DNA of 64,000 nucleotides from Daphnia carinata (lineage: Eukaryota). The stretch covers positions 124,001-188,000 of the forward strand of contig NC_081331.1 of assembly GCF_022539665.2 (NCBI RefSeq). The letters are read 5' to 3'. The notes under the pieces were generated by a model. The model ran no database searches, was not told the DNA's origin, and was given only the letters and a program-made list of their open reading frames with translations. Numbering within the stretch: the first letter of the stretch is position 1; each line of letters opens with the position of its first letter. Below, piece after piece: positions 12,964 through 24,424 of this stretch. The position numbers and the translations under genes are program-made.

Positions 12964-15900
12964 ATGCCTCCAAAGAAAGGTAAAACAAAAAAAGACGACG
13001 ACTGGCCGAGTGACGATGACGTGGTCGACCCAATTAAGGCTGCGAAAAGCGGGAAGAAATGCTAAAGGTGATATAGAAGAACCTAAAGCTCAGGTGAAAT
13101 CAAAGAGTAAGAAAATGAGAAACCTTAGAGCTGAATTGGAATTGAGTGATGAAGAAGGACCGCCACCACAAAAACCGTCAAAAGCAGAACCAGCACAGCC
13201 TGTGAAGTCTGCTAAAAAGAAAGGGAAGGCAAAGAAAGATGATGATGGTTGGAATAGCGATGATGATGCTGTAAAAATGATTGACCTAAAAAATATCAAG
13301 TCTGATGATTATGAAGATGTTAAACCCAAAGCCAAAAAAGTCAAAGCTAAGAAAAAGAAGGCTAATCTGACTGACAGTGAAGCAGAGGAATCATCCCATG
13401 ATCAGCAAAACGTTCCAGAACTTCAGCTAAGCGATGAAGAAGCTGTACCCAAGAGCCAGGCTAAGAGCAAAAAATCCAAGAAAAAGAAGGCTAATGTGAC
13501 TGATAGCGAAGAAGAGGAATCATCCCGTGATCAGCCAAAAGTTCCAGAAATTCAGCTAAGTGATGAAGAAGTTGTACCCAAGAGCCAGGCTAAGAGCAAA
13601 AAATCCAAGAAAAAGAAGGGTCCTAAAGAAGACAATGATAGTGACACTGAAGATTTATCCAAAAAGTTCACTAAGGTACAGCATGAAACGGAAGAAAATG
13701 AAGGTGATTCTGACAACAGCAATAAAAAACCTACAAGGAAAAACAGTAATTTGGTAGAAAACAATGTTGTTGATGAGGATTCCAGTAGCCAGCTCCCAAT
13801 TCTCAAACCAAAGGTAGATGAGAATATTCCAGCTGTCGAAGAACCCACGTCTATCAGTAAAAATAAAAGTAAACAAAAAAAAACTTCCAAGAAAGCAAAT
13901 GCTGCAATGGAAGAAGAATTGAACCACAAAATGAAAGAACTTGCGGTTGTCGAAGATCAAGATAACTTCAGCATCTCAGATGACAGTGATGGCGAAAAGC
14001 AACCTGAAAGCAAGCCAGAAGAAAAGGTGAAGCTTTCTCACAAGGACAAGAAGAAGCTTAAGAAACAAATGGAATATGATAAACAAATGGAAATGATAAC
14101 TCGCAAAGGAGGCATGGGTCACAGTGAATTAGACAATAATTTCACCATATCCCAAGTTCAGCAATCTGATAAAAAGTTGGCACAATTAGAAAATGCAGTT
14201 GATATCAAAGTTGAAAATTTTAGCATAGCTGCCAAGGGAAAAAGCTTATTTTCTAACGCCAGCCTTCTTATTGCTCAAGGACGAAGATATGGTCTTGTTG
14301 GGCCCAATGGGTATGCAAGTTATTTTAGATTTTTTAACAATCAAATTCATTTTTTTCTGTATTTAAAGACATGGAAAAACAACTTTGCTACGCCACATAT
14401 CGACACGATCACTACAGATTCCTCCTTCCATTGACGTATTGTTGTGTGAGCAAGAAGTTGTCGCGGACGATACACCCGCAGTGCAAGCTATTTTGAAAGC
14501 AGATGTTAAACGAACTGCTTTGCTTGAAGAAGCTGATAAATTAGAGAAAGAACAACGCAAAGGAAACCTGAAGGTTGATAATTCGTAAAATACGTTAATG
14601 CACATTGGCTCTTTCTAACTTCATTTCTGTTGTTATATAGGTGACGCAACAATTAAACCAAGTGTATGAAGAATTGCGAGCGATTGGTGCCGATGCAGCG
14701 GAACCTAAAGCCCGACGAATTCTCGCCGGTCTCGGTTTCACAGCTGAAATGCAAAATCGGCCAACCAAAAATTTTAGTGGTGGTTGGCGAATGCGTGTCT
14801 CCCTTGGTCGAGCCCTTTATTTGGAGCCTACTCTTCTGATGCTGGATGAACCTACCAATCATTTGGATTTGAACGCCGTCATTTGGTTGGATAACTACCT
14901 ACAAGGGTGGAAAAAAACTTTGTTAATCGTTTCCCACGACCAGTCTTTCTTGGACAATGTTTGCACGGATATTATCCATTTGGATATGGAAAAGCTTTTC
15001 TACTACAAGGGAAATTACTCCATGTTTAAGAAGATGCACCAGCAAAAAAGGAAAGAGCAAATCAAGGATTATGAGAAACAGGAGAAGAGGCTAAAGGAAT
15101 TGAAAGCCCAGGGCCAGTCCAAGAAGGCTGCAGAGAAGAAACAGAAAGAAGCACTAACCAAGAAACAAGAAAAATCGAGCCAAATTACAAAAGAACGATG
15201 ATGATTCGGCAGGGCCAGTTGAGCTAATGCTGAGACCCAGGGATTACGTCGTTAAATTTCGCTTTCCCGAGCCCCCGCCGTTGCAGCCGCCTGTCCTGGG
15301 AATTCATAATGTCACGTTTGGTTACGATGCAAACAGGCCACTTCTTAAGAAGTGTGATTTCGGTATAGATATGGAATCACGAGTCGCAATTGTTGGCCCT
15401 AATGGTGTTGGTAAATCTACATTTCTGAAACTACTGGTTGGTGAACTGACACCTCAACAAGGAGAACAAAGGAAGAATCATCGTCTGCGAATGGGAAGGT
15501 AGCTATTTTCTGGCCTCTTGGTTATTCATAATTTACATACTTAACACGCTCGTGTTTCTTTCGGCAGATTCGATCAGCATTCTGGTGAACATTTGACAGC
15601 AGAAGAAAATCCAGCTGAATACTTGATGCGGTTGTTTAACTTACCGTACGAAAAAGCTCGAAAACAGTTGGGATCATTTGGACTGGCCTCGCATGCACAT
15701 ACCATTAAAAATAAAGATCTATCTGGAGGTCAGAAGGCCCGCGTTGCTTTGGCTGAACTCTGCTTGAATGCTCCTGACGTATTAATTTTGGACGAGCCGA
15801 CCAACAATTTGGATATCGAATCTATCGACGCCTTGGCTGAGGCCATCAATGACTATAAGGGTGGTGTAATTATAGTCTCCCACGACGAGCGGCTGATCCG

Positions 15901-16054
15901 TGAAACCAACTGTCAACTTTGGGTTATTGAAGATCAAACCATAAACGAAATTGAGGGTGGCTTCGACGATTACCGAAAAGAATTGCTGGACAGTCTTGGA
16001 GAAGTCATTAACAATCCTAGCGTTGCCGCAAAATTGGCAAATGAAAACCTGTGA
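12964..16054 (+). CDS. ABCF1: ATP-binding cassette subfamily F member 1 (ABC50)
   Basis: Exons 12964-14310, 14369-14573, 14641-15498 and 15568-16054. Long K/E/D-rich N-terminus. Two ABC domains ([42 protein letters not shown]). Two apparent frameshifts at A-runs (~13050-13062 and ~15170-15175). Confidence 0.93.
13348..13619 (+). repeat. 129-bp (43-aa) in-frame tandem duplication in the ABCF1 N-terminus
   Basis: KKKKAN[L/V][30 protein letters not shown] repeated; GGCTAAT at 13360 and 13489. Confidence 0.9.
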
Positions 16055-16169
16055 TGAGGTGGAAAAGAACACAGCTCCTGATTTTTTTTCCTCCGTGTAA
16101 TTTGTATGCGGGGTTGAGAATAAACATGAATGAAATTGTACAAGAATCAAGAGTGAAAAATAAGGCAAC

Positions 16170-18472
16170 TCAGTGCAACTTGGAAGCAACGGAATCCAGC
16201 ACGCGAATATAAACCCGTAGCTGCTCAAGTCCAATCTCCATTTTTTTTCTTAAACAAATTGTTTAGAAGAAAATAAATTTAACCAAGAAGGCTATTGGTA
16301 ATTTTCATCCTATGTTTTTGCTAGGTTACCTATGCTGTGCGTTTGATGCGAAGTGAACCATGGTGCGACTCAAGGAAGATTCTGCTGTAGCGGTTTCTTT
16401 TACCTGTAAACCGAGCTCTCTGATGGACAACAGGATGCAACGAGACACATTTTGTAAACTGCGGTCCTGCCTCAACCGACACACTGGAGAGGTTTCGCTG
16501 TTTTGCAGGAAACTGCATTCGAAAAATCTATAAAAAAAGGAACTCGGTTGAAACGTTTACAAGCAGACCTAGACATGGCGCCCTCCATTCCAAGCAAAAG
16601 AGGTTTTAACTTCTGTAAGCCGTCCCTAACTTCTTGGAGAGTAGGACAAGTTGAATCGGGTTCATACTGAAGTTCGGGATGGGCTACACCAACGGCATCA
16701 GACAGCGTTCCGCTATGGAATGTATGCGGTAAGCAACACTAGTTTAATGATGTGTCGTTCTACAAAAGAAACTTACCAAATAAAGTTAAATCGGCCCCAA
16801 ACACGAGTAAACAGATCCAGAATGAAAGTATCGTTCAGCTCTGCATCTTGTTGTAGTAATCTCTGTGAAGCACATATAAATTTATTTTTATATTGTGATT
16901 TATTATGGGAAATAGTGGCCATACTTGAAGTCCGTCAATAGCCTTTTGCAGAGCGTAACGGAACTGATTTCTTGTTCTTTGTACCAACTGTAAGATGCAT
17001 ATAGCGGATTGGAGAATCATCTCGCGTTCTTCTTGCTGTACAGTAACCTTTGTTTTGATATTTTTCCACATGTTGCTAAGATGATTCAGCTTCTGCTGCA
17101 TGTCTTTAGGATAAATGTATCCGAAAACGGCAATCCCTATATCCAGATTAATGGTCGTTATTACATCCGCCGAAGATCCATTAATCTTGTGAGACAGTTT
17201 AGGAAGAGGAACACACAATGCTTATCTATGCAACGCAGAAGATCTCGAAAATTCCAAGGCGGCTTTATTAAGACGATCTGGTGCCAAATGTCTTCGTATA
17301 CTTGTTTCATCTCATATTCAAGCAGCTGGTGGAATTGTAAGGTTACAAATTGCATGTAGATTAAAACATAATTTTTAAGTCAATACCTGGCTCATGGAAT
17401 CCACAATGCATTCTTCGAATTGATATAAGAATGATGTTGCATTTACAACTTCGTTTTTTCTGCAAGGATCTTGTTGGTGGTTACTTGGTCTACCTGGTGT
17501 CTCATCTGAGCTATCTTCTGAATGATTTGGTGTGTTCTTCACAAAATTAGTTAGAGTGCCTTGCCCTGAGCCACAGGCGGTTTCTGCCAGAAGCATTTGC
17601 CGCAATATTGGAATGAAATTCGCTGACTGCATTGGCTGTATTCCATTTGCAGATGCTTTTGCACAAAAGAGGACATCATTTGAAAGAAGAATGATATCAG
17701 ACAACATTTCGTTTTTGAGGTAAAGGCACCACTGAAGGATCTTATCATCAGCATTCTCATAAGGTAGCAGATTGATACAACTTTTGAATTCAGTAAGTGT
17801 TTGACTTCTGAAGAAGGAATTTTTTTTATTTATTTGCTCTAGAATGAGGGTTGCAGCTTTTCTTGCAACAATTTCCAAATTGATCTTATTCTGTCTGTTG
17901 CTTTTCATGAAATCAAGTTCTTGTAATACCATCCACGGTACCAAAATTTGGACTTTGGAACTAAATTCTTCATCTTCTGTTAATGTTTTCACAATGGGCA
18001 AATGTGACAGGAATATGTTGGTATCAATAACTATGTATGCAGCAATATTAGAATTTGGTTCCGACCTTCTGGTTGAATTTTCAGTAGAACTATGGCTTGT
18101 TCTAGCAGAAAAATCTTTTCTCAATTCAAAAAGTGTTTCCATTACTTCCTTTTCCGTTGGCTCCCATTCCATCACATCTTCACTACTGGATAAAGATAGC
18201 TTTTTATTCAGAATTTTATGGGCCTCTTGCAGTCTATGGTTCTTGCAACTTTTTGAAGGCTGACCCTCCTGGGTGCATGTTATAATATCGTGCTGTAGTT
18301 TAGGGGATCTCGCTCCGCTCGTTGATGCAACGAGATTTCTTATACCATCAGATTTAGTTGTGTTATTATTGACCAAAATCACACTAGTCTTCATTTTTCG
18401 TTTTTTTTGCACAATAGAATTATGCTTCATCTGAGGCAGATTAGCATTACTGGATTTCTTTTCTTTACCCAT
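16170..18472 (-). CDS. SWT1: SWT1 RNA endoribonuclease homolog (PIN domain)
   Basis: PIN motifs IVIDTNIFL, VPWMVLQELD, NADDKIL, LLSND. Exons 18472-17387, 17325-17217, 17136-16925, 16862-16777, 16712-16569, ~16527-16330 and 16248-16170 splice in frame, including KPPW...KHWIAVFG. Confidence 0.88.
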
Positions 18473-18851
18473 AATAGACAAAGTTATAGAAAAATCCCAT
18501 TGGTGCTCCAAATAAAGATTCTTCAAAAACTGCAAAATAAAACGGCTAAGTTGTTTATGTTTACTTCGTCTGCAAAAGTAAGGATAAGCGTTGCCGCGAC
18601 GAAAACACTGTTGCTAAATTTTGTGAATTTAGTAAAGATTAAAAATTAGATTCTCGTTCAATTTCCAATCAGAATCATTTTATGGCAATCCGTTTTACAC
18701 AAAAAAAAAAAAAAAATTTCGCCAAAATAAAAAAAAATCACACTTTTTTCTTTTTTTCCTTCACGTAGCCATCTACCGCTCAGACTCGTTATTACTGGCG
18801 TAGGCAATTTCAGTCCATTGGATGCCATTCGCAGTTAGTTCATTAGCGTGG

Positions 18852-20239
18852 ATGGAGAATAACGCGTGGCTGGAGGAACAATTGAAAAATGGATAAGATA
18901 ATACAACAAAAGGATGGTAAGTATAAACATTATTATATTGGTTTTCACTTATTAATTATTGTTTATTAGATCAAATTACGAAGCTGCAGGCCCAATTATT
19001 GGAACGACACAAAATATTAGATAACAGCAAAGCTAAGGATGGTAAGGCCTAATATGTAATGATTCTATTTATTTGCTTTTATTCATTTGTGTTTTGTAGC
19101 TCAAATTTTGAGTCTACAAGCTCAGCTAGGGGAAAAGAACAAATTGGAACGGAACAGTTTCCAAACAGTGAAGAAGGTTTTTCAAAACTCTTCCCTAAGT
19201 GAACGTGAGGATGAGTTGGCATAAGGCGAACACAGTCAGGTACCTAAATTTTTCAAATAAGAATTCAAAATAAGTATAGAATTTTAACAAACAATTATTT
19301 ATTGTTTAGTTATTCAGTCCACCACCTGACAGTGTGTTAAATTTAAATTCTGTTAGCGCTGCACTAAAAGAATCGTTAGTAATAAGTCCATGCAGCGAAG
19401 AAATTGAACAATTGTGGGACCGTATTTGGGCCGAAAATGGGTGTGGTACGGAAACCGAGATATGGCACGAGTTCAACATAAAACGTGGATTAGGTACTTT
19501 TTGGTTTTTTGTCTATCGAAAAAGTATTTTTAATGCTATTATTTTGCATTCACAGAATTTTAGCAGGGGATCAAGTCAAGTCTGGAAGTGTTACAGGAGG
19601 GAAGAGTCAGCCTACAGTTGAAAAAACACTGAGTGCATTACCATTAAGGTATGAGGTAAAGTAATAGAGTATGCACATTGTCTAATGAGAAGTACCATCT
19701 TGTGTGAATGAATCCTGTATAACAGCAATCCTTTATAGTTCTGTCACAGCTAGAAGCCTCAAATAATGCTGCTTCTCTGGCTAAAGAACAACTTGTCCTT
19801 TACGTTCAGAGTGTTGGGGAAACTGGGTACTTAAATGGCCCTAAAGATGTTTTAATTTTGCTGCCATTGCAGAGATGAACATCATACATGGACTCTTTAG
19901 GTATGAAAGGATTTTTCTTCAAATAATTTTGAATTTATGACGAAGAATTTTATCCAATAGGAAAGGATTTTCATGTACTGGGAACACAACTATCAACAAT
20001 GCAACCTTCTACAGGTGCTAGTTTATCATTCAAGAGCCTTATACAATGATGTTAATCTGCAATTTGTATGTCCTTTCCAAAGCTTCCACCAGAAGTTGAA
20101 TCTGTGAGTCATATAAGTTACATGATCAACAATTGATATGTTTAATGGTGTTGTTTTTCTTTTCTCAATATAGATTAATAGTAACATTGGATCTGAAAAG
20201 ATTCTTGGTTGGGGCAAGACACTGAATAAATTGTATTGA
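18852..20239 (+). pseudogene. Decayed multi-exon gene in the left arm (coiled-coil N-terminus, unknown family)
   Basis: Canonical short introns separate exons 18852-18916, 18970-19041, 19100-19239, 19310-19493, 19556-19648 and further fragments to TGA 20237-20239. In-frame TAA at 19222 and frameshifts. Confidence 0.65.
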
Positions 20240-20979
20240 TTGGATGGATGACATGACATTTCTATACTTAATTCGGATTCCCCAGACGGTATTTGATATT
20301 TAAAAAATTGAAGTGCATATCTGGGCTCCCTTCTTTTCTGAAGCCCCGTTTCCCCTTGACTCATAATAAGCCCGTAGGGGGTCATGCCCCTACTGTACGG
20401 TATATATAAAAACAACATATACCGAGGTTTGGAGGGCTCTGGCCGGAAAGGGGACGTGGGGTGTCCGCTTAGTCCAATGATGTGTTCACGGAGGGCGATG
20501 TGGCTACCCACAAATCCGAACTAAAGGTTAATCGCTCCAGTAAAAATGTTCCATATCTTCGGCTCTTCTTCCGGCTTCTCTTAGCCAATCACCGGGTAAT
20601 CTCCCCGGTGGGTCAACAAGGCAGTGTCTCCCCCTGCCTGGGTTGACGGCAACTTTTGAAAGGGCTATTGTGCCTTTTTAAAGTTGCAAAAATAATTGTA
20701 ATGTGCAGAGAATTGTCAATAAATTTTTTTTTATAAAATATTTTTTGCAAAATTTGTCTCTTTCATTGTCTGTGTTCACACATTACATTTATCAACTTTT
20801 TTTTTTATTTAGTTTGCACAATTCATCTTTATTGTTTTTGCCACCGTTGTATCATTCAGCTGTAAGTATTCGATTACATTCATCAACCTTTTTGTTTTTT
20901 GCTTTGCTTTGTTGGTTTTTGCCACCTTCGCTGGTAAGCATTGTTTCCATTGGTTTATCGTTAATCTGTAAGCAATCTA

Positions 20980-21050
20980 TTATTATCGAGGGATCGAACC
21001 CTGGATGTTCGGCATACCGCGCTGATGCTCTACCAATGAGCCATGAATCA
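20980..21050 (-). pseudogene. tRNA-like sequence (A box and B box; SINE head or pseudo-tRNA)
   Basis: TGGCTCATTGGTAGAGCA, anticodon-like arm, AGGGTTCGATCCCT. The acceptor stem does not pair. Confidence 0.7.
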
Positions 21051-21169
21051 TATAATGTCAAGTAGGCTTTTTTCTAGTGACTTGTGGACTGGCATTTACA
21101 GTTACAATAAAACTGAAATGCAATTCTGCAATATAATCTTTTACATTCATTCTACTTCTTTTACACATC

Positions 21170-21236
21170 TTATGGGTTTGAACCCATGTTTAAGATGTGC
21201 AGCTAAAACCACAGAGCTATGAATGAATATAAAAGA
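21170..21236 (-). pseudogene. More degenerate tRNA-like sequence
   Basis: TAGCTCTGTGGT ... TGGGTTCAAACCCA (T-arm hairpin); middle shortened. Confidence 0.4.
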
Positions 21237-21316
21237 TAAAGATATATTTCAGTTTTAAAGACTGCATAAAATCCTAGACAATAACATATGATATGCGATA
21301 ATAAAAATTTAAGATA

Positions 21317-21388
21317 TATCTCGTGGCTCAATGTTAGAGCATCGGCGTTGCACGCTGAATGTCTGGGGATCGATTCCCATACCAGTAA
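21317..21388 (+). pseudogene. tRNA-like sequence, Ala(TGC)-like anticodon loop
   Basis: TGGCTCAATGTTAGAGCA, TCGGC-GTTGCAC-GCTGA anticodon arm, TGGGGATCGATTCCCA T arm. No acceptor stem. Confidence 0.7.
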
Positions 21389-22116
21389 AACAATATACAA
21401 ATACAAAATTACTTCAGAAAATATCCATGTATTACACGTTGTTCCTCAAGAATTCAAATACTGTAATAATAATAATTGAATACCTACAGATGAACGATAC
21501 AACGGTGGCAAAAACAATAAAGATGAATTGTGCAAGCTAAATAAAAAAAAAAGTTGATAAATGTAATGTGTGAACACAGAACACAGACAATGAAAGAGAC
21601 AAATTTTGCAAAAAAAATTTTATAAAAAAAAATTTATTGACAATTCTCTGCACATTACAATTATTTTTGCAACTTTAAAAAGGCATAATAGCCCTTTCAA
21701 AAGTTGCCGTCAACCCAGGCAGGGGGAGACACTGCCTTGTTGACCCACCGGGGAGATTACCCGGTGATTGGCTAAGAGAAGCCGGAAGAAGAGCTGAAGA
21801 TTTGGAACATTTTTACAGGAGCGATTAACCTTTAGTTCGGATTTGTGGGCAGCCACGTCACCCTCCGTGAACACATCATCGGACTAAGCGGACACCCCAC
21901 GTCCCCTTTCCGGCCAGAGCCCTCCAAACCTCGGTATATGTTGTTTTTATATATACCGTACAGTAGGGGCATGACCCCCTACGGGCTTATTATGAGTCAA
22001 GGGGAAACGGGGCTTCAGAAAAGAAGGGAGCCCAGATATGCACTTCAATTTTTTAAATATCAAATACCGTCTGGGGAATCCGAATTAAGTATAGAAATGT
22101 CATGTCATCCATCCAA

Positions 22117-23504
22117 TCAATACAATTTATTCAGTGTCTTGCCCCAACCAAGAATCTTTTCAGATCCAATGTTACTATTAATCTATATTGAGAAAAGAAA
22201 AACAACACCATTAAACATATCAATTGTTGATCATGTAACTTATATGACTCACAGATTCAACTTCTGGTGGAAGCTTTGGAAAGGACATACAAATTGCAGA
22301 TTAACATCATTGTATAAGGCTCTTGAATGATAAACTAGCACCTGTAGAAGGTTGCATTGTTGATAGTTGTGTTCCCAGTACATGAAAATCCTTTCCTATT
22401 GGATAAAATTCTTCGTCATAAATTCAAAATTATTTGAAGAAAAATCCTTTCATACCTAAAGAGTCCATGTATGATGTTCATCTCTGCAATGGCAGCAAAA
22501 TTAAAACATCTTTAGGGCCATTTAAGTACCCAGTTTCCCCAACACTCTGAACGTAAAGGACAAGTTGTTCTTTAGCCAGAGAAGCAGCATTATTTGAGGC
22601 TTCTAGCTGTGACAGAACTATAAAGGATTGCTGTTATACAGGATTCATTCACACAAGATGGTACTTCTCATTAGACAATGTGCATACTCTATTACTTTAC
22701 CTCATACCTTAATGGTAATGCACTCAGTGTTTTTTCAACTGTAGGCTGACTCTTCCCTCCTGTAACACTTCCAGACTTGACTTGATCCCCTGCTAAAATT
22801 CTGTGAATGCAAAATAATAGCATTAAAAATACTTTTTCGATAGACAAAAAACCAAAAAGTACCTAATCCACGTTTTATGTTGAACTCGTGCCATATCTCG
22901 GTTTCCGTACCACACCCATTTTCGGCCCAAATACGGTCCCACAATTGTTCAATTTCTTCGCTGCATGGACTTATTACTAACGATTCTTTTAGTGCAGCGC
23001 TAACAGAATTTAAATTTAACACACTGTCAGGTGGTGGACTGAATAACTAAACAATAAATAATTGTTTGTTAAAATTCTATACTTATTTTGAATTCTTATT
23101 TGAAAAATTTAGGTACCTGACTGTGTTCGCCTTATGCCAACTCATCCTCACGTTCACTTAGGGAAGAGTTTTGAAAAACCTTCTTCACTGTTTGGAAACT
23201 GTTCCGTTCCAATTTGTTCTTTTCCCCTAGCTGAGCTTGTAGACTCAAAATTTGAGCTACAAAACACAAATGAATAAAAGCAAATAAATAGAATCATTAC
23301 ATATTAGGCCTTACCATCCTTAGCTTTGCTGTTATCTAATATTTTGTGTCGTTCCAATAATTGGGCCTGCAGCTTCGTAATTTGATCTAATAAACAATAA
23401 TTAATAAGTGAAAACCAATATAATAATGTTTATACTTACCATCCTTTTGTTGTATTATCTTATCCATTTTTCAATTGTTCCTCCAGCCACGCGTTATTCT
23501 CCAT
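22117..23504 (-). pseudogene. Mirror copy of the decayed multi-exon gene in the right arm
   Basis: Reverse complement of 18852-20239, carrying the same lesions. Confidence 0.65.
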
Positions 23505-24424
23505 CCACGCTAATGAACTAACTGCGAATGGCATCCAATGGACTGAAATTGCCTACGCCAGTAATAACGAGTCTGAGCGGTAGATGGCTACGTGTCGGAA
23601 AAAAAGAAAAAAGTGTGATTTTTTTTTATTTTGGCGAAATTTTTTTTTTTTTTTTGTGTAAAACGTATTGCCATAGTAAAACGGGTTGCCATATCATTTA
23701 CGTTAAATCAAGTCTATATTTTAGCCAAAAATGAAAAAGTGAGAAGGCTATAGCCTTCCCACTTTTGTCAAAATCCGCAAAAAACGCCAACTCTTGGAGT
23801 GCGACAAAAATCACACGGTATGATTAAAATTAAAAGCTAATTTCGATTCCGTGATTGATTTTGTCGTAAAGCCACCCGTTTTTGAAAACTAAAGGAAACT
23901 AAGTGCTGTCACCCGCTAGCGCATCACTTTTTTTCTACGTTTATTTCAAAAACCATTACGTAAAGGGCTGGGAAAAACAAACTTGATTTTGGTGATTTTC
24001 ATTGAATTTCAAATTGAAATCGTGTATTTTAAATTCTGTAACCTGTGACCAACATACCTGTGTCGAATCCCTGTTACACTTAACGCCATCTATTGAGATA
24101 AATATAGTAAAAAACGCGGTCGGTGATGTGCTAGATCATCTTATCTAGACAGAATGCCTATCGCAAAACTAAAATTGTTAATTTTAAAAATGACAACTCC
24201 ATTGTTAAGTAACCACTGTTTGAAAATAATTCACTGTTAAGAACACTTAACTTTCTTTAATCAGATATCTGGGGTTTGAAAACTTTGTAAAGCATTTGAA
24301 TTTTTAACTATTCGTTTGAAGAGCTTGAGATTTTCATCAGCATATTCAATAATACACAAACAAATTGGGCACTTCAACGAGACGTTTACAAGTCAGTCTT
24401 TTCAAGGACTTTGCCTTTTGTAAA

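Larger units (their letters stand above)
18681..23693. mobile_element. 5.0-kb palindromic/foldback non-autonomous DNA transposon, IS3EU-like ends
   Basis: Inverted arms 18681-~20876 and ~21473-23675 (mirror-image ORFs in the track). Ends TATGGCAA...TTGCCATA. Perfect 6-bp TSD TCATTT at 18675-18680 and 23694-23699. The 18-bp terminal unit is doubled at the right end. No DDE transposase seen. Superfamily assignment rests on termini and TSD only. Confidence 0.85.

Noticed and set aside
20026..20511. 161-aa ORF and its mirror at 21845-22330
   Set aside because: Starts at GTG, crosses the hairpin island and is antisense to the spliced pseudogene; its duplication is explained by the palindrome.
21794..22020. 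CTGAAGA (hammerhead core), TAACCT (telomerase template) and GTCCCC/ACGGGGCT (RNase MRP P4) look-alikes
   Set aside because: CTGAAGA is CCGAAGA in the other arm and lacks stem II/GAAA; the template match is only 6 nt; the MRP GAAAG context is missing.
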